DNA from: Chrysomallon squamiferum
Taxonomy: Eukaryota > Animalia > Mollusca
Assembly (NCBI GenBank): GCA_012295275.1
Contig: CM022670.1
Location: 12,958,001-13,022,000, forward strand
Length of the DNA: 64,000 bases
Direction of reading: 5' to 3'
In this document: piece by piece, positions 32,918-48,920 of the stretch
Position numbering within the stretch: position 1 is the stretch's first letter
How the letters are laid out: the number at the start of each line of letters is the position of its first letter
The notes under the pieces: model-generated
What the model saw: only the letters and a program-made list of their open reading frames with translations
The model's database searches: none
What the model was told of the DNA's origin: nothing
Made by a program: the position numbers and the translations under genes

Positions 32918-35900
32918 TGACTGTGTGCGTGTTTGTGTGTGTCTTTCTGTCTGACTGGTCTTTTACACTAGTCTGTCACTCACAGAGTTTCAGCAACTGG
33001 TAGATGAGAGTGAACTAACACATTTATACCAGTTTAAATTTCCTGGCTAGAAGACATAAATAAGTAATCAGAGTGCATCACATCTTAACTTTATCGACTT
33101 AACAATTTCAATTTCCGGTTAACGGGATTTACAGATCATCTGTTGGCTGAAAGAAATATTTAGCGAACAGAATATATGAAGAGTTCCACACACAAAGGGG
33201 GGCAATCAAACGGACGGAGAATTCGTTTATCTTGTACAAAACATTCAATCTCACTGCTATTGATTGCATTATCGAACCCCGTGGACTGTGTCTGTTTGCC
33301 AAAAAGTACAAAAATCTCCACCTTCCTGAACCAAAGAGTGTTCCGCTTTTGAAAAGCAGAAGTATCGAATGCGTCCACCTGGGTCTCGGGCTCGGATTAA
33401 TATCGACAAAGTCTTTGTCAGTGCTCCATCATTATTGACCTTACGACTCTCATCTTTATAGAAACAGATCAGATGTCCAGCTGTTGACAAACTAATGTTT
33501 ATAATCTTTGATCAAAACCGAGAATAACGTATCACACTGCAATTGATTGACGTATAAATATCTCTCGTCTGGACAAATGTCTTCTTTACGTCATTGATCC
33601 AGAACAGCTGGGTAGGGTTACGTCCCTTGATCAATGAGCCCTACTTCGCTTAGTAATTTTTTAACTTTCGACGATGGGGGATAAGAGAGCTCGAAAGGGG
33701 CCGGTGAGTGTTTCAAAAGCGAAAATATCGACATAAGAATTAATGAGCTAGTTGCCGGTGAAGGTTAAGATTTTACAGGCCCCGTTCAAGATGTTTGTTT
33801 TTGAAGACGAACTTGTACAGCGTGCAATCAACAAGCCCTTGTGGAGATCAGCCTGACTCGCGAGCCGCTATTAATGATCATTATAACGATTGCAAAACGC
33901 CAATAACAATCTTTGTGAAAGTGTAATATTTGTTCTTAAGTAGATTGGACTATTAATATTTCCCGTGCCGGATCAATTTCGTCACTGTTTCTATAGAGAA
34001 AGTGCATCTTCACTAAACGTTTATTTATATTTGTTATTCGTATATACAGAATATATTGTTTTACAGCTATTATGCTTTTAATTAGCTAGAGTTGTTATTA
34101 GTAAAATAATTATAGTGTTTAATACGCTTTCATACAGACCATGCTATTATTTAGAGCTATTATTAATATTTTGTTTATTCATGGTGGGCTTTATTTTATT
34201 TTCTTAGCTTGAGTTGTTGTAAGTAAATTAATTGTAGTGTTTAATATTCTTATATTGATGTTACGTTAATATTCAACCAGAGTTGTTAGCGAAAATAAAA
34301 ATGTTTATTTTATCTGGTATGATTTAGAATTCTTATTAGTTTGACAGTATCGTTATTGCTGTATGTAAAAATGTATTCCTTTACGATGTTGTTGTTACGA
34401 CTACTGCTGCTTCTGCGACTACTACCGCTGCTACCACCATCAAAACTAATATTACTATTGTTGTAGTTATCATCATCATCATCATCATCATCATTACCAA
34501 AGCATTTTGTTCGTGGCCGTTCTAAAGAAAATCTCCACTGAAACGGAAAACAGCGGCAACGTGCTAAATTAATTAGATTCGTTTTGCTTAATTTGTCTTC
34601 AAGGTGTTGTGTGTGTGTTCTCAGTTAAACACCGCAAACATTTACTAATGCTCAAAGCCGTTACGCACACAGTTGCTTAACAACACTTGTCTGCAATTAA
34701 TATTTCCCCCATCATCCAAAATTTTTACTCCGGTACGTCCGGGTTCGGCGGTTTTCGTGCTCGACGAGGTTCCTGCTACGGGAATTAATTAGACGCAATA
34801 GCAGACGAGAATGCCGAGCGTTATTAAGTAATTATCAGAGGTCTCGACAAACAGTTTGTACATTTCCGAACACGCACGTGGTTATGTCAGTCAAGGGAGT
34901 TAATTTGGGAAGGCGATTATTCGTCAAAGGTGTTAAAAGCAGCGGGACCCAATCTCTACTTTATTCAGACCGATAGACAGATTATAATAGCATTTAAAAC
35001 TCAGGAATATTCAGTATTGTTTAGACTCGTCTGGCAGTGGTTTTTGTATGTTGTTGTTGTTGTTGTTGTTGTTTTTTCGGTTCTTTTGATAATCTTTGAA
35101 ACGGTCTTGTATTCTAAGACTTATCACCCACAGCACCACCTAGGCTGTTTTTTTTTTTCAGCTCGACGATGTTCAGTTTATCTATAAAGACCTTTCTGTC
35201 AGGCAGCCCCAGAGATGTTTGCTGTAGCAATTAGCACGCACCATTTCTCGCATACCACTCGGGAAATATTGACGGTAATAAACGAGTTGTTACGACTTGT
35301 TGTGTAAATGGCCTGCTTAAATTGCCAAAACATGTGCGAGAAGGGGAGTGTTGAAAGAGGGTTTCATGGGTAGGGGGGAGAAATGGGGGGTGTATGTTTG
35401 TCTTAACGGTTTTGTTTATATTTGTAACTAAATGAAATAAAGGAGAGTTTGTTTATTTGCGTAAGGGTGTTGTGCTTTTTTTTTTTTTTTTTGTTTTTGT
35501 TTTTATTTTTATTTTTATTTTTATTTTTTTTTATTTTTTTTTATATATATATATTTATTTTTTTTTTTTTATTTACTTTAAATTTCATTTTTATTTTTAT
35601 TTTATTATTTTATTTATTTATTTATTTATTTTTGTTTTTTTGCTCTATATTTACTTACTCACTTGCTTGTTTATTTACTTTACTATTTGTTTACTTAATT
35701 GTATTTATTTTTTAACGGAAAATGGTAACGTAAATGAATATTTTGTCATAAAACATTATTACTTTTTAATTGTATATTCATCCATCCGTCCATCCATCCA
35801 TCCATCCATCCAAGAGTGTCATACATTTCTTGCTCGATTTCTTTCTTTCTGCAAAATGTATTCACTTTATATGGAATCATACAGCTGCAAAACCCATCAC

Positions 35901-36192
35901 AGTTTATTAATTTTTACACTTTACTGCTACTAAAAGCCCTTTTCTTTTATCACTGAGTAAACGTCGTGAAAAATAAAAATATTATTTCACCCCGGACATA
36001 ACCAGATTATTAGGCCCCAGTGTGTTTAATATCGTTTTTATCGTTCAAACAGCTTTACACGTCAGAAAAAAAAAAAAATGAAGAGATTTAGTTTCACGTG
36101 TTGAGTTCTTACAGAGCACTAAATACTGATATTGTTTATGTTTGTGGGTTTTATTGCATATATGTATATTTGTATTTATATATGTGTGTTTA

Positions 36193-36227
<35 letters not shown>

Positions 36228-36420
36228 TCATGTATATATACGTTTGTTTGTTCGTGTGTATGTAGTATGTATGGATATGTGTTTGCATATATGTGTGTAT
36301 TTATATATATCTATGTATATATTTGTGCAATTATCTATGTACAATCAATATTTATTTATATATCTATTTTTTTATGCTTGTGTGTATGTATGTGTGAGTA
36401 CATTTGTTTATATGTTTATA

Positions 36421-36696
36421 TGTGTTTGGGTCTATTTTTCTCAGTATGTGTGTGTGTATAATAGTTTGTTTCGATCTATGTTTAAACCATTGACTATTTA
36501 TTAATTTTGCAGCATGCATTAACTAAAAGCGATATTCTCTTGTTAATCACCAAACCTCGTGAAAAATAAAAATATTATTTCAAGCTGAACATAAACAGAA
36601 AATAAGACTCCGCTGTTTTTAATAATATTTGTTTTATAGCTCAGACAACTTAACACTACATTTTTGATAATGATGACGAGTCTGAAACAACATATA
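36421..36696 (+). repeat. Dispersed direct repeat A, copy 2
   Basis: Same orientation as 31730-32006, with scattered substitutions and small indels. Confidence 0.9.
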
Positions 36697-36950
36697 AAAA
36701 GTCGTGAATCCTGGAATGTTGTTTTAGGTTTTTGTTGCTTTTTGTTTGCTTTGTTTTGTGTGTTATTGTTTTGTTGTTGGTGGGAGTTTTTTGTTTTTGT
36801 TTTTGTTTTGTTTTTTGGTTGATTGGTTATTGCTGTTTGTTATTTGTTGTCATGTTTTTGTTTTTGTTCAGCTGTTTTTTGTTTCGTGTTTTTAAATATT
36901 TTAAATATATATTATTATTTATTTTTGTTTTTACTTCTTTTTTTTGTCTC

Positions 36951-36953
<3 letters not shown>

Positions 36954-37017
<64 letters not shown>
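36954..37017. repeat. (TG)n microsatellite
   Basis: Directly visible. Confidence 0.95.
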
Positions 37018-37020
<3 letters not shown>

Positions 37021-37352
37021 AATGTAGGATAATTTCCCAGTCAAGAAAGTGATAACAATAATTTCTTGGAAAGAAAAACGTTACATTCTACTTAATTAAT
37101 ATAATTAACCTGAGAGAGAAAATTGAAAATTGCTCCCAGCGCACACAGACAAGCTGTTTAAAGTAAATGAAAGCTAATCATGATCACTGTCACTTTGATA
37201 AAGAACTGGTCTTTCTGAATTTATTCATGACAAGTGTTCACTCCGCTTACGTCTGTATTTATTCATATTTTTCGTAAAACAAATAATTTTTTTCTTTTAA
37301 TTTGGAAAATGAGAATAAACGAACAAACAGAAGTAGTTTCTATCAGAAAGCG

Positions 37353-37400
<48 letters not shown>

Positions 37401-38314
37401 CCTTAACAAGTCGGATGTTTAACAAACAAAACGTTTTGCGAACAATCTTTCATTCCCGGTAGTTTTAACTTCTTACGCAGACGTCTTGTGAAAACAACCA
37501 ACGAGCTAACTGGAAGCGATTTTTCACATTTAGGGACTATAATCACGCCATCGACACAAACATTTCCTTGTAAATCTTTCCTCGAAAGGAAATGAATCAA
37601 AGCTTAAGGAATTTTGTGGAAATTGCTTTGAAATATGTTTAAAATTACCGAGACTGGGAGAAGTCGGTGTTTAAACACTCGAGTGGCGAAATATTCCGAG
37701 CGCATGTGTGTCATTATCTCTAATTATTACACGATGTCTAGTGTTGTTGTTATTTTTTTTTTAATATATATATATTCTGCATGTGGCTTACCTCCCCTTG
37801 TGAGGTGGCGGGCGAGAGCCATTATATATTTTTTTTTTCTGTAATGGAAGAAGCTTTGTAAGCGGCGAGTTAACTTGTTGTAAATATTTTGTTTGTAAAA
37901 GTCGTAAGAGAGGTCATGATAACAATAATGACTGTATTACAACACACGCACAAAGAATGAACAAACTGAAAAATGAATTAGCAAATGAAAGAACGAAGAA
38001 AGCAGTACGTTAGTGAAGACAACAATAACTGAATGAAGGAAGCAATAAATGAATGAGTGAATGAATGAATAAGAATTCAGCATACATTTTAAGATCGGAA
38101 ACAAGATGTCAAGTAAATTATTAAAAAAAAAATAATAATAAACTTTTGAGATATTTTGTCAAATTAAATCCGTTTAGGAATGTTATAAATTATCTACGAC
38201 AGATAGAAAGAGAATTCCATGACATATTTGAAATAGATTTGAATCTGTACGAAACAATTACAAGACTTGTATATAAAAAGCTTATTTACTGGTACAAGTC
38301 AGCAGTTTTCTTAT

Positions 38315-38367
<53 letters not shown>

Positions 38368-39342
38368 CATTTTTATTTCCATATAAATGAACCTGTCTTC
38401 TTGTCTAATAGAGGGTTTCGTATCTAATATTCTGTCGATTATTCTACGATAGTGATAATTAGGGTTGAAAACAGCGAAAGAGCAAATCACAAGTTTTCAC
38501 GTGTTTGTTTGTCTCTCTCTCTTTCTGTGAGGAAATTACACTAACACAAAACATCGGGAAAATCCTCGAATGAACACACATTTTACACGTGTTGTGCACG
38601 TGTAATAAAAATTTCTTTTCACCTGCGGCGACCTTCCGTTTTCCGGTACAAATTTTGAAGGCGTTTTATAAACACCACGGCTTTTTTCCTCCCCATAATC
38701 CTTTGAACATCTGAGTTTGTACATATTTTGGAATGTACGGACGAACGAATACGGAACGGAAACGAGCGAACATCATTTTTTTTTTTTTTTTTTTTTTTAA
38801 AAAGCACGGAAACCCCCTGTGGGGTTTGTTTTGAGAGCGATGTATAAACTGTAAGAGAGAGATATTTCAGAAAGTTTCACATCAAAGACTAAAAGCCACC
38901 TTAACGTGCTGTTTTCTTTCTCTCTTTCTCTTTCTCTGTGAAAGTGCAACTGCCGTCATCACTCTGTTTTACGTCATGGAATATCAGTTTCTTTTATGAA
39001 GTAGCCATTAAATGCAAATTAGCTGTGACTCGGGATAAATCGTCAACGCTCGTGGGCGACATTTTTTTTACGAGCGACCGTTTCTTTCTTTGTTTTTTTT
39101 TTTTTTTTTTTTTACTGTTTGTTTGACAGGTACGAGTCTATAAAATATATTTTTTTATATTTCTTTTTATCATTTGTTTTCGCGATAAGGGTTATAAAAA
39201 AAAAAAGAGATATGTTTGTCTTGATTTGAAGGACAGAGGGAAAGAGAAATGGATGGTTTGATGGATGGATAAATGAATAATGGAAGCTGACTGAAAAAAT
39301 TAAACATATAAAAAGACAGACATAACAGGAAAAAGAAAATCT

Positions 39343-39345
<3 letters not shown>

Positions 39346-39436
<91 letters not shown>
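39346..39436. repeat. (GA)n microsatellite
   Basis: Directly visible. Confidence 0.95.
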
Positions 39437-39440
<4 letters not shown>

Positions 39441-40181
39441 TGGAAAGACACACGCACCACGCACACTTGGATATGGGAATAACTGAAAGAAGTGTCAGAC
39501 AACGCATAATGATAATCAATTGAAAAGACATCTGTAGATTAAATATCACACTATTCATATATACAGCCAAGACGACAATCCTAATGTAATATTACCTTTT
39601 CATCTTCAATTAGACTATCTACCAACTGTCTGGATTTGAACCCCGATTCCAATCCATCCCGCAATCCATTTATAAACAAAACGGTTTTGTTCTTCCTCTG
39701 TGTGTGATGCAACAGTTGCCATTAATAATAATAATAAAAAAAAAAATTTTAAAATTTTAAAAAAAAAAAAAAAGATCTAACGAAAATCATGTGCGTCATA
39801 AGTGATTACTATTATTCAGAAAATTGATTACCAATACACACGCACTCACAGCCGCCCGGTGTACATTTGTTCCGCGTGGTGTCGCCTAATTTATTTTTCA
39901 CAAATCAAACAAACAGGAGAGACTGTAACACAAACATCGTTTTAATGTGAAGATAAAGGAACCCAAGAACACGAGCTTTTCGTCTCATCTAACCACATAG
40001 CCTCGGGCTGCCAGGAACAGTTCTAGTTTTGGGGTGAGGGAAGAGGGTAGAGCTGGGGTAGAGCTGTACAGAAAACGAGAATAGATTGGTTTGAAAAAGA
40101 AAAAAACACGATGAAGATGATTTGGACAAGACGGTTAAAAAAAGAGGTTAATGTGATTGTGTGTGTGTGTGTGTTGTGTGA

Positions 40182-40243
<62 letters not shown>

Positions 40244-40974
40244 CATTAAAAAAAAATGAAGAGAATAGCATAACTATAGCTGTATCTCTCGAATGTCCGG
40301 TTCTGTTGTCAGAGATGGAATTGTCGTTTTGCCCTGAAAAACGAGCTATAGCTCCGGACGTCGAAAGAATAAGCTGAGACCAACAGATAGACATAAAGAG
40401 AGATAGACACACAGACAGACAGACAGACAGACAGAAAGGGAGAAAAAGAGATATACGAGAGGGAGAGGGGAAACACTGCAAACAGAGAGTGACAGACGGA
40501 GAAAGAGAAAATCTTGAATTTACAACTTCATCCACCATCCCTCTAGTTGTCTCTCCGAGCTCGCTACCGAAGTTACGAACTTGATTTAAAATCGAAGTAT
40601 TTTTGTTCACATCGAAAATAGGTGCATTAACAAAACCTCCAAGAGGCAGCCATCGTGTTAAAGGATTATGAATAGTCGTTGTTGAAAAATATTTATTTTG
40701 CTGGAATAACGACATTCAAGACTCATTGATCTAATGTAACCAGCTGCTTCAACCTTAACTTGTTGTTCTTAACTTGCGGTATTAGTGATAGTCAGTCGCC
40801 GTTCTCCGGATATTTGTCTTTACTCAGTGGAAAACGTCTAAGTTCTTAAACCACTGATACCGTCAGTTGTGACTGTATCCCACAAAACGTACATAAAGCT
40901 ATGTTTTTCTTTTAGTTCCGTTATTGTTCTCGTTGCTTCTTTGTTTCGTATTATTACCATCAGAAGCTGAAAGT

Positions 40975-40998
40975 ACAACAACAACAACAACAACAACA

Positions 40999-41078
<80 letters not shown>
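40975..41078. repeat. Compound (CAA)n(CTA)n(TAA)n microsatellite
   Basis: Directly visible. Confidence 0.95.
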
Positions 41079-41080
<2 letters not shown>

Positions 41081-41550
41081 GTAATAAATAATAACTCAGT
41101 ATTTTCTAAACTATATGGCGGATTTCGTTTTCGGAGACTTTAGGTGTCTTTCGTGGATTCAGGTCACTTTTCAAGCTCTAAGTGATGGAAGCGTTCTCCA
41201 AAACAAACACTCTTTGTTCAGTCAGGCCCATAATGTGTCATTATCACCACACAAGCATGCTTCGCTATAGCAAGGTGATTAATAGATGAATTAGTATTTG
41301 CGATGATGAAGAAGTGTACATGCCTAGAGGGCGGAGAAAAGTTACTTGCACTGAAGTAACTTTCGTTCGTTTTAGCAGAATGCATGAAACTGGCACACAG
41401 CGCTGGCCACAAAACCGCCTTAGGGGCAATATGTGGGAGTTGTAATTATTGTAAGAAATATTATCTTTGAGAAAATCAACTAAGTGATGGATAATTATGG
41501 TCACTATATGTTCAGGATGATAATGAAATAATAAATTTAAAATGAAAATC

Positions 41551-41586
<36 letters not shown>

Positions 41587-41711
41587 GAAGCAAACAAGAT
41601 TTCTGTCCAGTGAATGTTCTGAATTTTAGTTCGTGTTGTACTTTAATTAGGCGGTTTTCTCTCCATCTTTTTTTTTCTTTATCCTCCCCTTTCACTAAAG
41701 TGTTGTTGTTG

Positions 41712-41745
<34 letters not shown>

Positions 41746-43029
41746 TATTTCTTTTATATTATTGTTATTTTGTATCTATATTTATTTATACATTTATTTG
41801 TTTTTCGTTTTTTTTATTATTTACTTACTTACTTACTTACCTTGTTACGTATTTAAATCGATTACAGAAGTACGACTTTTCTATCAAAAGAAAATAATTA
41901 TAAAGGGACTGAATAAGATATACAAGAGCTGTTTTCATAAAAATATAACTCAAGACTGAAGACGCAAATATAAAAAAAGTAACATTAATGTCATTAATGT
42001 CAGTATGTTAGCTTCATGCGATACAGAGAAATCATCATGCTCATTAGTTCTGTGTACAGAATGCACACTGAGATTTCGAATTAACGACGTATCACCAGTA
42101 TTGATGTCCCCATTTGTTAATCATTCGTACAATAAGTCATTAAAAAAAAAAAAAAAAGAGTATCAGGTTGAGATATCAAATAGTAGCAGTCTGGAAATCT
42201 ATAGCCTGGGAACTGCTTCAGTGAGGCTGATCCGTGGAAAAAAATATTATCAAGTCAGTACATGGATGCGATCCCCAGTGCCTACGCGTGCGTAAACATG
42301 AAGCTTAACCGCCGCGCCAGTACATGAAAGAATTCGAATGAAGATATATGTGTTTCACCGCTTGTTCGCGCCAGTTCCGTCTTGAAAGGCTTCAGATGTA
42401 GATAAAAGTGTAAAAACAAGTTTAGAAAATGTTTCTCTAAGAAAGAACAACACTGTGTTATCACGCGATATGCCCTGGGAACACGCCATTATCCCCCGAC
42501 TTCTCGGACAACAGCAGCCTGGTGCACGTCAACACCAGCCGCTGTTGTAGGTGATGACAGATCTATTTGTTCTAACATCACAAGACGGATCAGAACAGCC
42601 AGGTACACTGGCAAGTTTGTACCCTGTGATATTTTTCTGTCATTTCAAGATCTTCTCAAAATAAAGATAAAGTGGTTTTTTTTGTAGCTCTTCTTTATGG
42701 GGAGGACTTGGGTTTGCTATTAACAGCTGAAACGCCTGACTGTGATATTTTTCGTTTACTTCTGGGGTTTTTTTAAGTTTTTTCAAACATAATAAACCAG
42801 ACAGTTGTTTGTCTTTGTAATCTGATACTTATTTTTATGTTGTCAGTAATGAAAGAACAAATGATTATAATTTTCTTTAACAATATCTGAACACTTTTTT
42901 TTTGTTGTTTATGTGTTACTGGATGTCACCACTACAGCTATTGTGTAATGTTGAAACGAAAGAGGCTGATACCAAACAAGATATTCTTTACCAGTTAGCA
43001 GAGAGACGAATTTCACACTCAGTATATCA

Positions 43030-43066
<37 letters not shown>

Positions 43067-44550
43067 GGTGTGTGCGCGCGTGAGTGTTTCTCCGTGAGTG
43101 CGTTTATCAGTCGCGAAGCGCTGAGTTTGTTAGAATTGTTACGTGAAGCTGGGCATAAAACTCATTGTATTGCCATTCATCACTTGATATGCATAATTTA
43201 TCTCTTTCGTTGTAACAATTAACTTTTTTCAGTTAAAATTCTATTAAAGCTGCCTCTTCCAGCAACTTAGTTTACGATTAAGAGACGTTCCTTTGTCCTT
43301 ATTCATCCGCCAAATTGATGATCTGTTACATATATTTCTAGATTCCTGACTATTATCTGATGACAGCTGTATTAAAGTGTCCTCGAGCGTAACTGTATGT
43401 TTGTGAGTGTGTGAGCGCGCGCGCGTTTGTGTGTGTGTGTGTGTGTGTATGTGTGTATGTGTGTGCATCCGTCTTTTACGCAGATATAAAACCAGACACC
43501 ACGTTTGAAGAAGCAAAAAACGCCCGCAATGTCCGTGCATCACTACTCTAACATGTACTTCCTGTCCGCCATATTGATTTGATTGGCAAAAAGTCTGGTA
43601 AAGACGAACGCGAAAAGAAAAAGGATTTCCATTGCAGTTTTATAACGTGTGTTTTCGTATCGACTATCAATAATACTGCGGGTTTATTCAAATAAGCAGG
43701 CAGACATTCCTGGACGGGTGTGGGAATGCGAGATGTAACCACCGATGGAGGTTTGTGACATACTTCGCGGGTTACACAAACACCTTGTTCTCGAGAAAAA
43801 TCACCCCAGTCTCGCAGAGAGCGAGAATTTGTTCAGACGCATGAAACACAATACGAGAGTTTGTTGACTCTAACTTATTATAATGAAACGACGAAGGGGG
43901 TGTGATACTGAGAGGGTCGTCCTGCGAAGGGAGGTTATTCTGGGTAGTCACCACATGGGTATGTCGGCCAGAGAGCGGTCGGATATGCGATGAAAGAGAG
44001 AAAGAATGAACGTGTGTTTATTTAAGAGCAGCATAAACACGTGTTAATGTTAACAAATGGTTTGTTTTTTTGCATCATAATGAAGTACAACAGAAGAAAC
44101 ACGTCATGTACACAATACGGTAAACACTTATCCATTATCTACAAGAGTTTTTTTTTAGTAGCAATTTACCATAAATAGAAAAGTCTACACCTTTAATAAA
44201 CAATCAGTGATCCGTCGTTGAAATGGAAAGTAGTGGATGACAGCTAAAAATCAGTCCTACGTCAGCCCATTAAGATTGCAAGTTACGTGTAATCAAAATA
44301 TTAACCAGTTATTTAGTAGATGAAAGAGGAAAGGTAAGTATACTGGACAGGGACAAAGTGTTTTAAAATACAATAGTTGAAAAGTAGATAAATCAGTTCT
44401 TGAGTACAACTGGTTGTCAATTGTATTTTCATATTTGTTTTGATACAGTGAAGACGATGATGAAGATTCTTCTTTTTTTTCTTTTAAATTTTTTTTTTTT
44501 TTACCTTATGATATTTTTAGTAGTAGAAGTAGTAGTAGTAGTAAAAAATT

Positions 44551-44744
44551 TTCTGGGAAAAACCCCCGCAATTAGTGAGTTTTCTGACTGAGGCGATTAT
44601 AGCAAATTAAATTTAAAAAAAAAAAACGGGTTTTCTTTTATTAATAAAATAATATTTTAATATATATAAAACAAACATACAAACAAACAAACAAACAAAA
44701 ACAAACAAATATTTAAATGAACAAATAAATTTGTTAATTATTAC
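44551..44744 (+). repeat. Dispersed direct repeat B, copy 1 (~190 bp)
   Basis: ccccgcaattagtgagttttctgactgaggcgattatagcaaattaaattt...aaatttgttaattattac also occurs at 49874-50075. Confidence 0.9.
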
Positions 44745-45114
44745 CAAGAAAAAATAAAATAAAATAAAAAAATAAAAAAAATAAAAAAATAAAAAAGTTT
44801 AAAAAAAGACTTCAAAACTTAATTGCCCTGCTCGGTTCCCATGGGATTATTTTTCTGTCTCATCAGTCTTGCAGGTGGGTACGTAGACACGACTTGCTTT
44901 TCCGCTTAGTTTATGTTTTTTAGCAGCTAACCGTTAAGTTAAAAATTACAAAATAAATTGTAATGTTAGGCTCCTGGAAATATGTGGACACGCTTCGATG
45001 GGTGGGCCTACAGATTTAACACGTGTTAGTTCAAATGTTTTCACTTGTATCGGGCTGTTTTTGCCAACATCAGAAGACCGTGTGTGTGTGTGTGTTTATC
45101 ATAATGAAAGGGGG

Positions 45115-45277
<163 letters not shown>

Positions 45278-48057
45278 GACGAAGGCAGAAATACACAGAG
45301 ACACAGAGAAATGGCAACTGAGGAAATGACAATAAATGAGAGATAAAAAAAATGAAAAAGATGTTTTTCCCATGTGTATTTGTTATTGCAGGTTTTGAGA
45401 TCAGTGTGTTTAACTTTGAAAACATTGTGTTGTTTGTGTTTGAGTATTAATGTGTTTCAAATATGTGTTTGACAAATTGATATTTCATTGGCTGCAGCCT
45501 GATGATTTATATATGAATGTTATTTTTGCTTCTTTAAAAATATATTACAGAAACAACAACAACAACAACAATAATAATAAATTAAATGAAATATTTTTCT
45601 TTCTGCAGAAGAGAAACTACATTAGAACGTCTTCATTTTCTTTCTATTTTTGTCATTCTTCTTCATTAAAAATAATAATTATTATTATTATTATTATCAT
45701 GATCACCATCATCACATAATTATAATTATAATAATAATTATTATTATTACTACTACTACTACTACTACTATGACTATTACTTCTTAATTTATTAATTTTC
45801 CCACATACTCTTAAGCACAGACGTCTCGGTCGAACGCAACCAGCTTTCGTTCGTGGTAAATCTGTAAAGTCGACAAAACGCACCATTAGAAAATAGGCAC
45901 GACACACATCGAGTTATGCTTTACCATCGCAGTTATGTGCGATCTCGCCATGCGTGCAAGGGAAACAGTGGATGGAAGTCATCAGCAGCATTTTTCATCT
46001 GCGAAATAACTATTTTGTTGGATCGGTTCTCAAAACATTTAGCTTTGATAAGCATCTTTAGGGCGAAAATATTTGTTTTTATGTCTCGTTGGTTACGAAT
46101 TTTCGCACAATAAAGAGGGTATGTTTATTTTCGTTTTTTTTTTTTTTTTTTTGTTCTAAAAAGCCGAGTTGACAGATGAGGAAAAGATATATTCTGATTG
46201 GAACCAGGTTTAGCACTGACAGGGTTAATGATGTATTAATGAAACGACTCGAAGTGTGCTACGTTGTTTGTTTAGTTAAGTTTGACAATAAAAATGTTTG
46301 TCTCTTGTGGAAAATATGATAACAAGAGCGTTTACAAAAGTACAAACGTACTTCGTTCAGTCCTTAATGTGTTTCGTTTGTTATTTTCTTTTTTCTGATT
46401 TTTGTTTTTCTTTATCTTCGTTTGACATTTATGGATAACCAACGATAACCAAAATTTATCTTTCTTGATAGTCACAGTAAATATGTTAAATAAATATCGA
46501 TATTGTGACTGTAAGTTCAGAGTATAATAATAATAACAACAACAACAATAATAATGATGATGCAAAATAATAATCATAAATTAAATGATGATGATATGGT
46601 GGTGGTGATGGTGATGATGGTGACGTTGAGAAAGGAGATGATGATGTTTGAGTTGGAGACGGTGATCACGTGGGCGATATTATAATATTTACAGTACAAA
46701 TGACTATTATTATTATTGTTGTTGTTGTTGTTGTTGTGGTTGTTGTTGTTAGTATTATTGTTATTATAACTGTTGTGTAATCACTGTCATCAACATCATT
46801 TTACTTAAAACTCTATATACAGATATTAAATGACGTGCAACAATCGTTACTATGCAATATATTTTCTTTTATTTTAATTTTTTTTTATTTCTTACTTTTT
46901 TTCTTTGTTTCTTTCTCTCCTGATTTATTATCATTATAATTTATATTTTTATTATTTTTTTTTTTTTTTTTGGTCTTGTTTTTGCTGTTATTTACGTTTC
47001 TTTCTTTATTTTATTTACTTTTTTTTTCTTTTGTTTTGTCTGCCTTCACACAGTATATTTATTACGTTCTTTCTTTCTTCTTCCATTTACGATTCTTAAA
47101 CCTAATTTACCACAGCACATTCTCTCACGAAGAACAGTTGCAAACACACGACACAAAAAAAAAAAATAGTTCAATAGCAGTTCTGATACCCTCATACCAG
47201 CAGCAGCAACATGTAGCAGAAACGAGCATTTATTTATACTCCGCTCTCCCTCTTGTTTAAATAACAAGAAAATATCCGCGGACAAATGTTATCGGAGAAA
47301 AATCACAACACTGGATTGAGACCCTCGCATGTTTCGTGTAACGGTGTCGTGCATTTTTGTTCCCTCTAAGGGATTGTAACTGGTCGTCTGCCTGGGCGGT
47401 GTATGTCTGACACGCAGTCCCGTTGGAATATTAGCACGATGCTTAAATTAATTTATAGTAGCTAATTAGACGGCGCGGAGAGGTTGCCGCTGCGAAGCAG
47501 ATAACATTGTTGCTAAGAAATGTTGGTTTGTTTACACACGTGCGGGTTTGTTGACGTAAACACGCAGAAGGCGAGCTTCTGAATCATGGTGTCTGCTCGT
47601 ATAAAGGAAATTAGGCTTTCTCGGGAGCAGACGAAGTTCGAGAAGCATCACGCGCAAAAAAAAAAAAAAAAAACGTCTGGTTTGTTGAAGAAATGAACAA
47701 GTTTCGGAACAATTAGTAACTGTTCAACCGTGACCGAATTGCACACAAAAGCATTATGAAGGAAGTAAAGATAGATTTTCACTTTTTTTTATTTATTTTT
47801 TTTTTTGTTTTTAATTTTTAAACTGTTAGAACTCTGTACGTATACAGAGACAGTTAGAATATCACAGTATTGTCTTCTTTATTTACTTTTTAAATTATTT
47901 GTTTCTTTCATTCCTTTTGTATTTTTCAAAACATTTTGTATTATAAACATTGTAATAAAATACAACAAATATAAAATAAATAATAAAACCAGAATAAATA
48001 ATTATATAAAACCAAAAAAAAAAAAATATAAAACAAAAAAAATTTTAAAAAACAAAT

Positions 48058-48104
<47 letters not shown>

Positions 48105-48612
48105 TTTTTTACTTTATGCAATATTTAACAACACATACACACACACACATTCGCACGCACAAGGACACATAGAAACAAATACAGGTAGTATATAACAGAT
48201 AGTGAGATACATACCAGTATCTGCTACATCAATTGCTTATTAACCATATCAGCGTTACTGTTACGTTTCTTTATGTTTTAAGTTTGTTTATTTGTCTGAG
48301 TTCGTTTCTACTGCGTCTACTTTTCAAAGAAAGATATCTTTTTACCTTCTTGTTTCTAAGTAAACAGATAACGTTTTTTCAAAATGGCCTGTCGGGTTGG
48401 TTTCAAGTACGCCAATTACTGGAGAACGTGCAAGCGGCGTGCTGCACGGCGGCCATGTTTCTGTCCCGCGGTGAATAATAACAGAACGTTGCTTCGTCGT
48501 CTTCAGTGAGAAAACAGCCAAAGGTGAAAGAATCAAGTGTAAAATATCCTAGTAATTTTCTACTTGTATCAAGATTTGAATTTCTTTTTTTTATTATTAT
48601 TTCTATTTTATT

Positions 48613-48689
<77 letters not shown>

Positions 48690-48834
48690 CTTGGTTATAA
48701 GGCCGACAATTGGAAGTCTGAAAGAAAAGCGTAATAAAATAGAATATAATGAAAATAAAATAAAATAAAACAAACGAGAGAATAAATACATAAAAAAATT
48801 AATTAATTAAAATTAACAATTTAAAAAAAAATGT

Positions 48835-48920
<86 letters not shown>

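Noticed and set aside
33205-33230. Partial resemblance to miR-184 (ggacggagaa); similar seed-only matches near 50581 (miR-8-like) and 24253 (bantam-like)
   Set aside because: Matches stop after about 10 nt and no pre-miRNA hairpin is evident.
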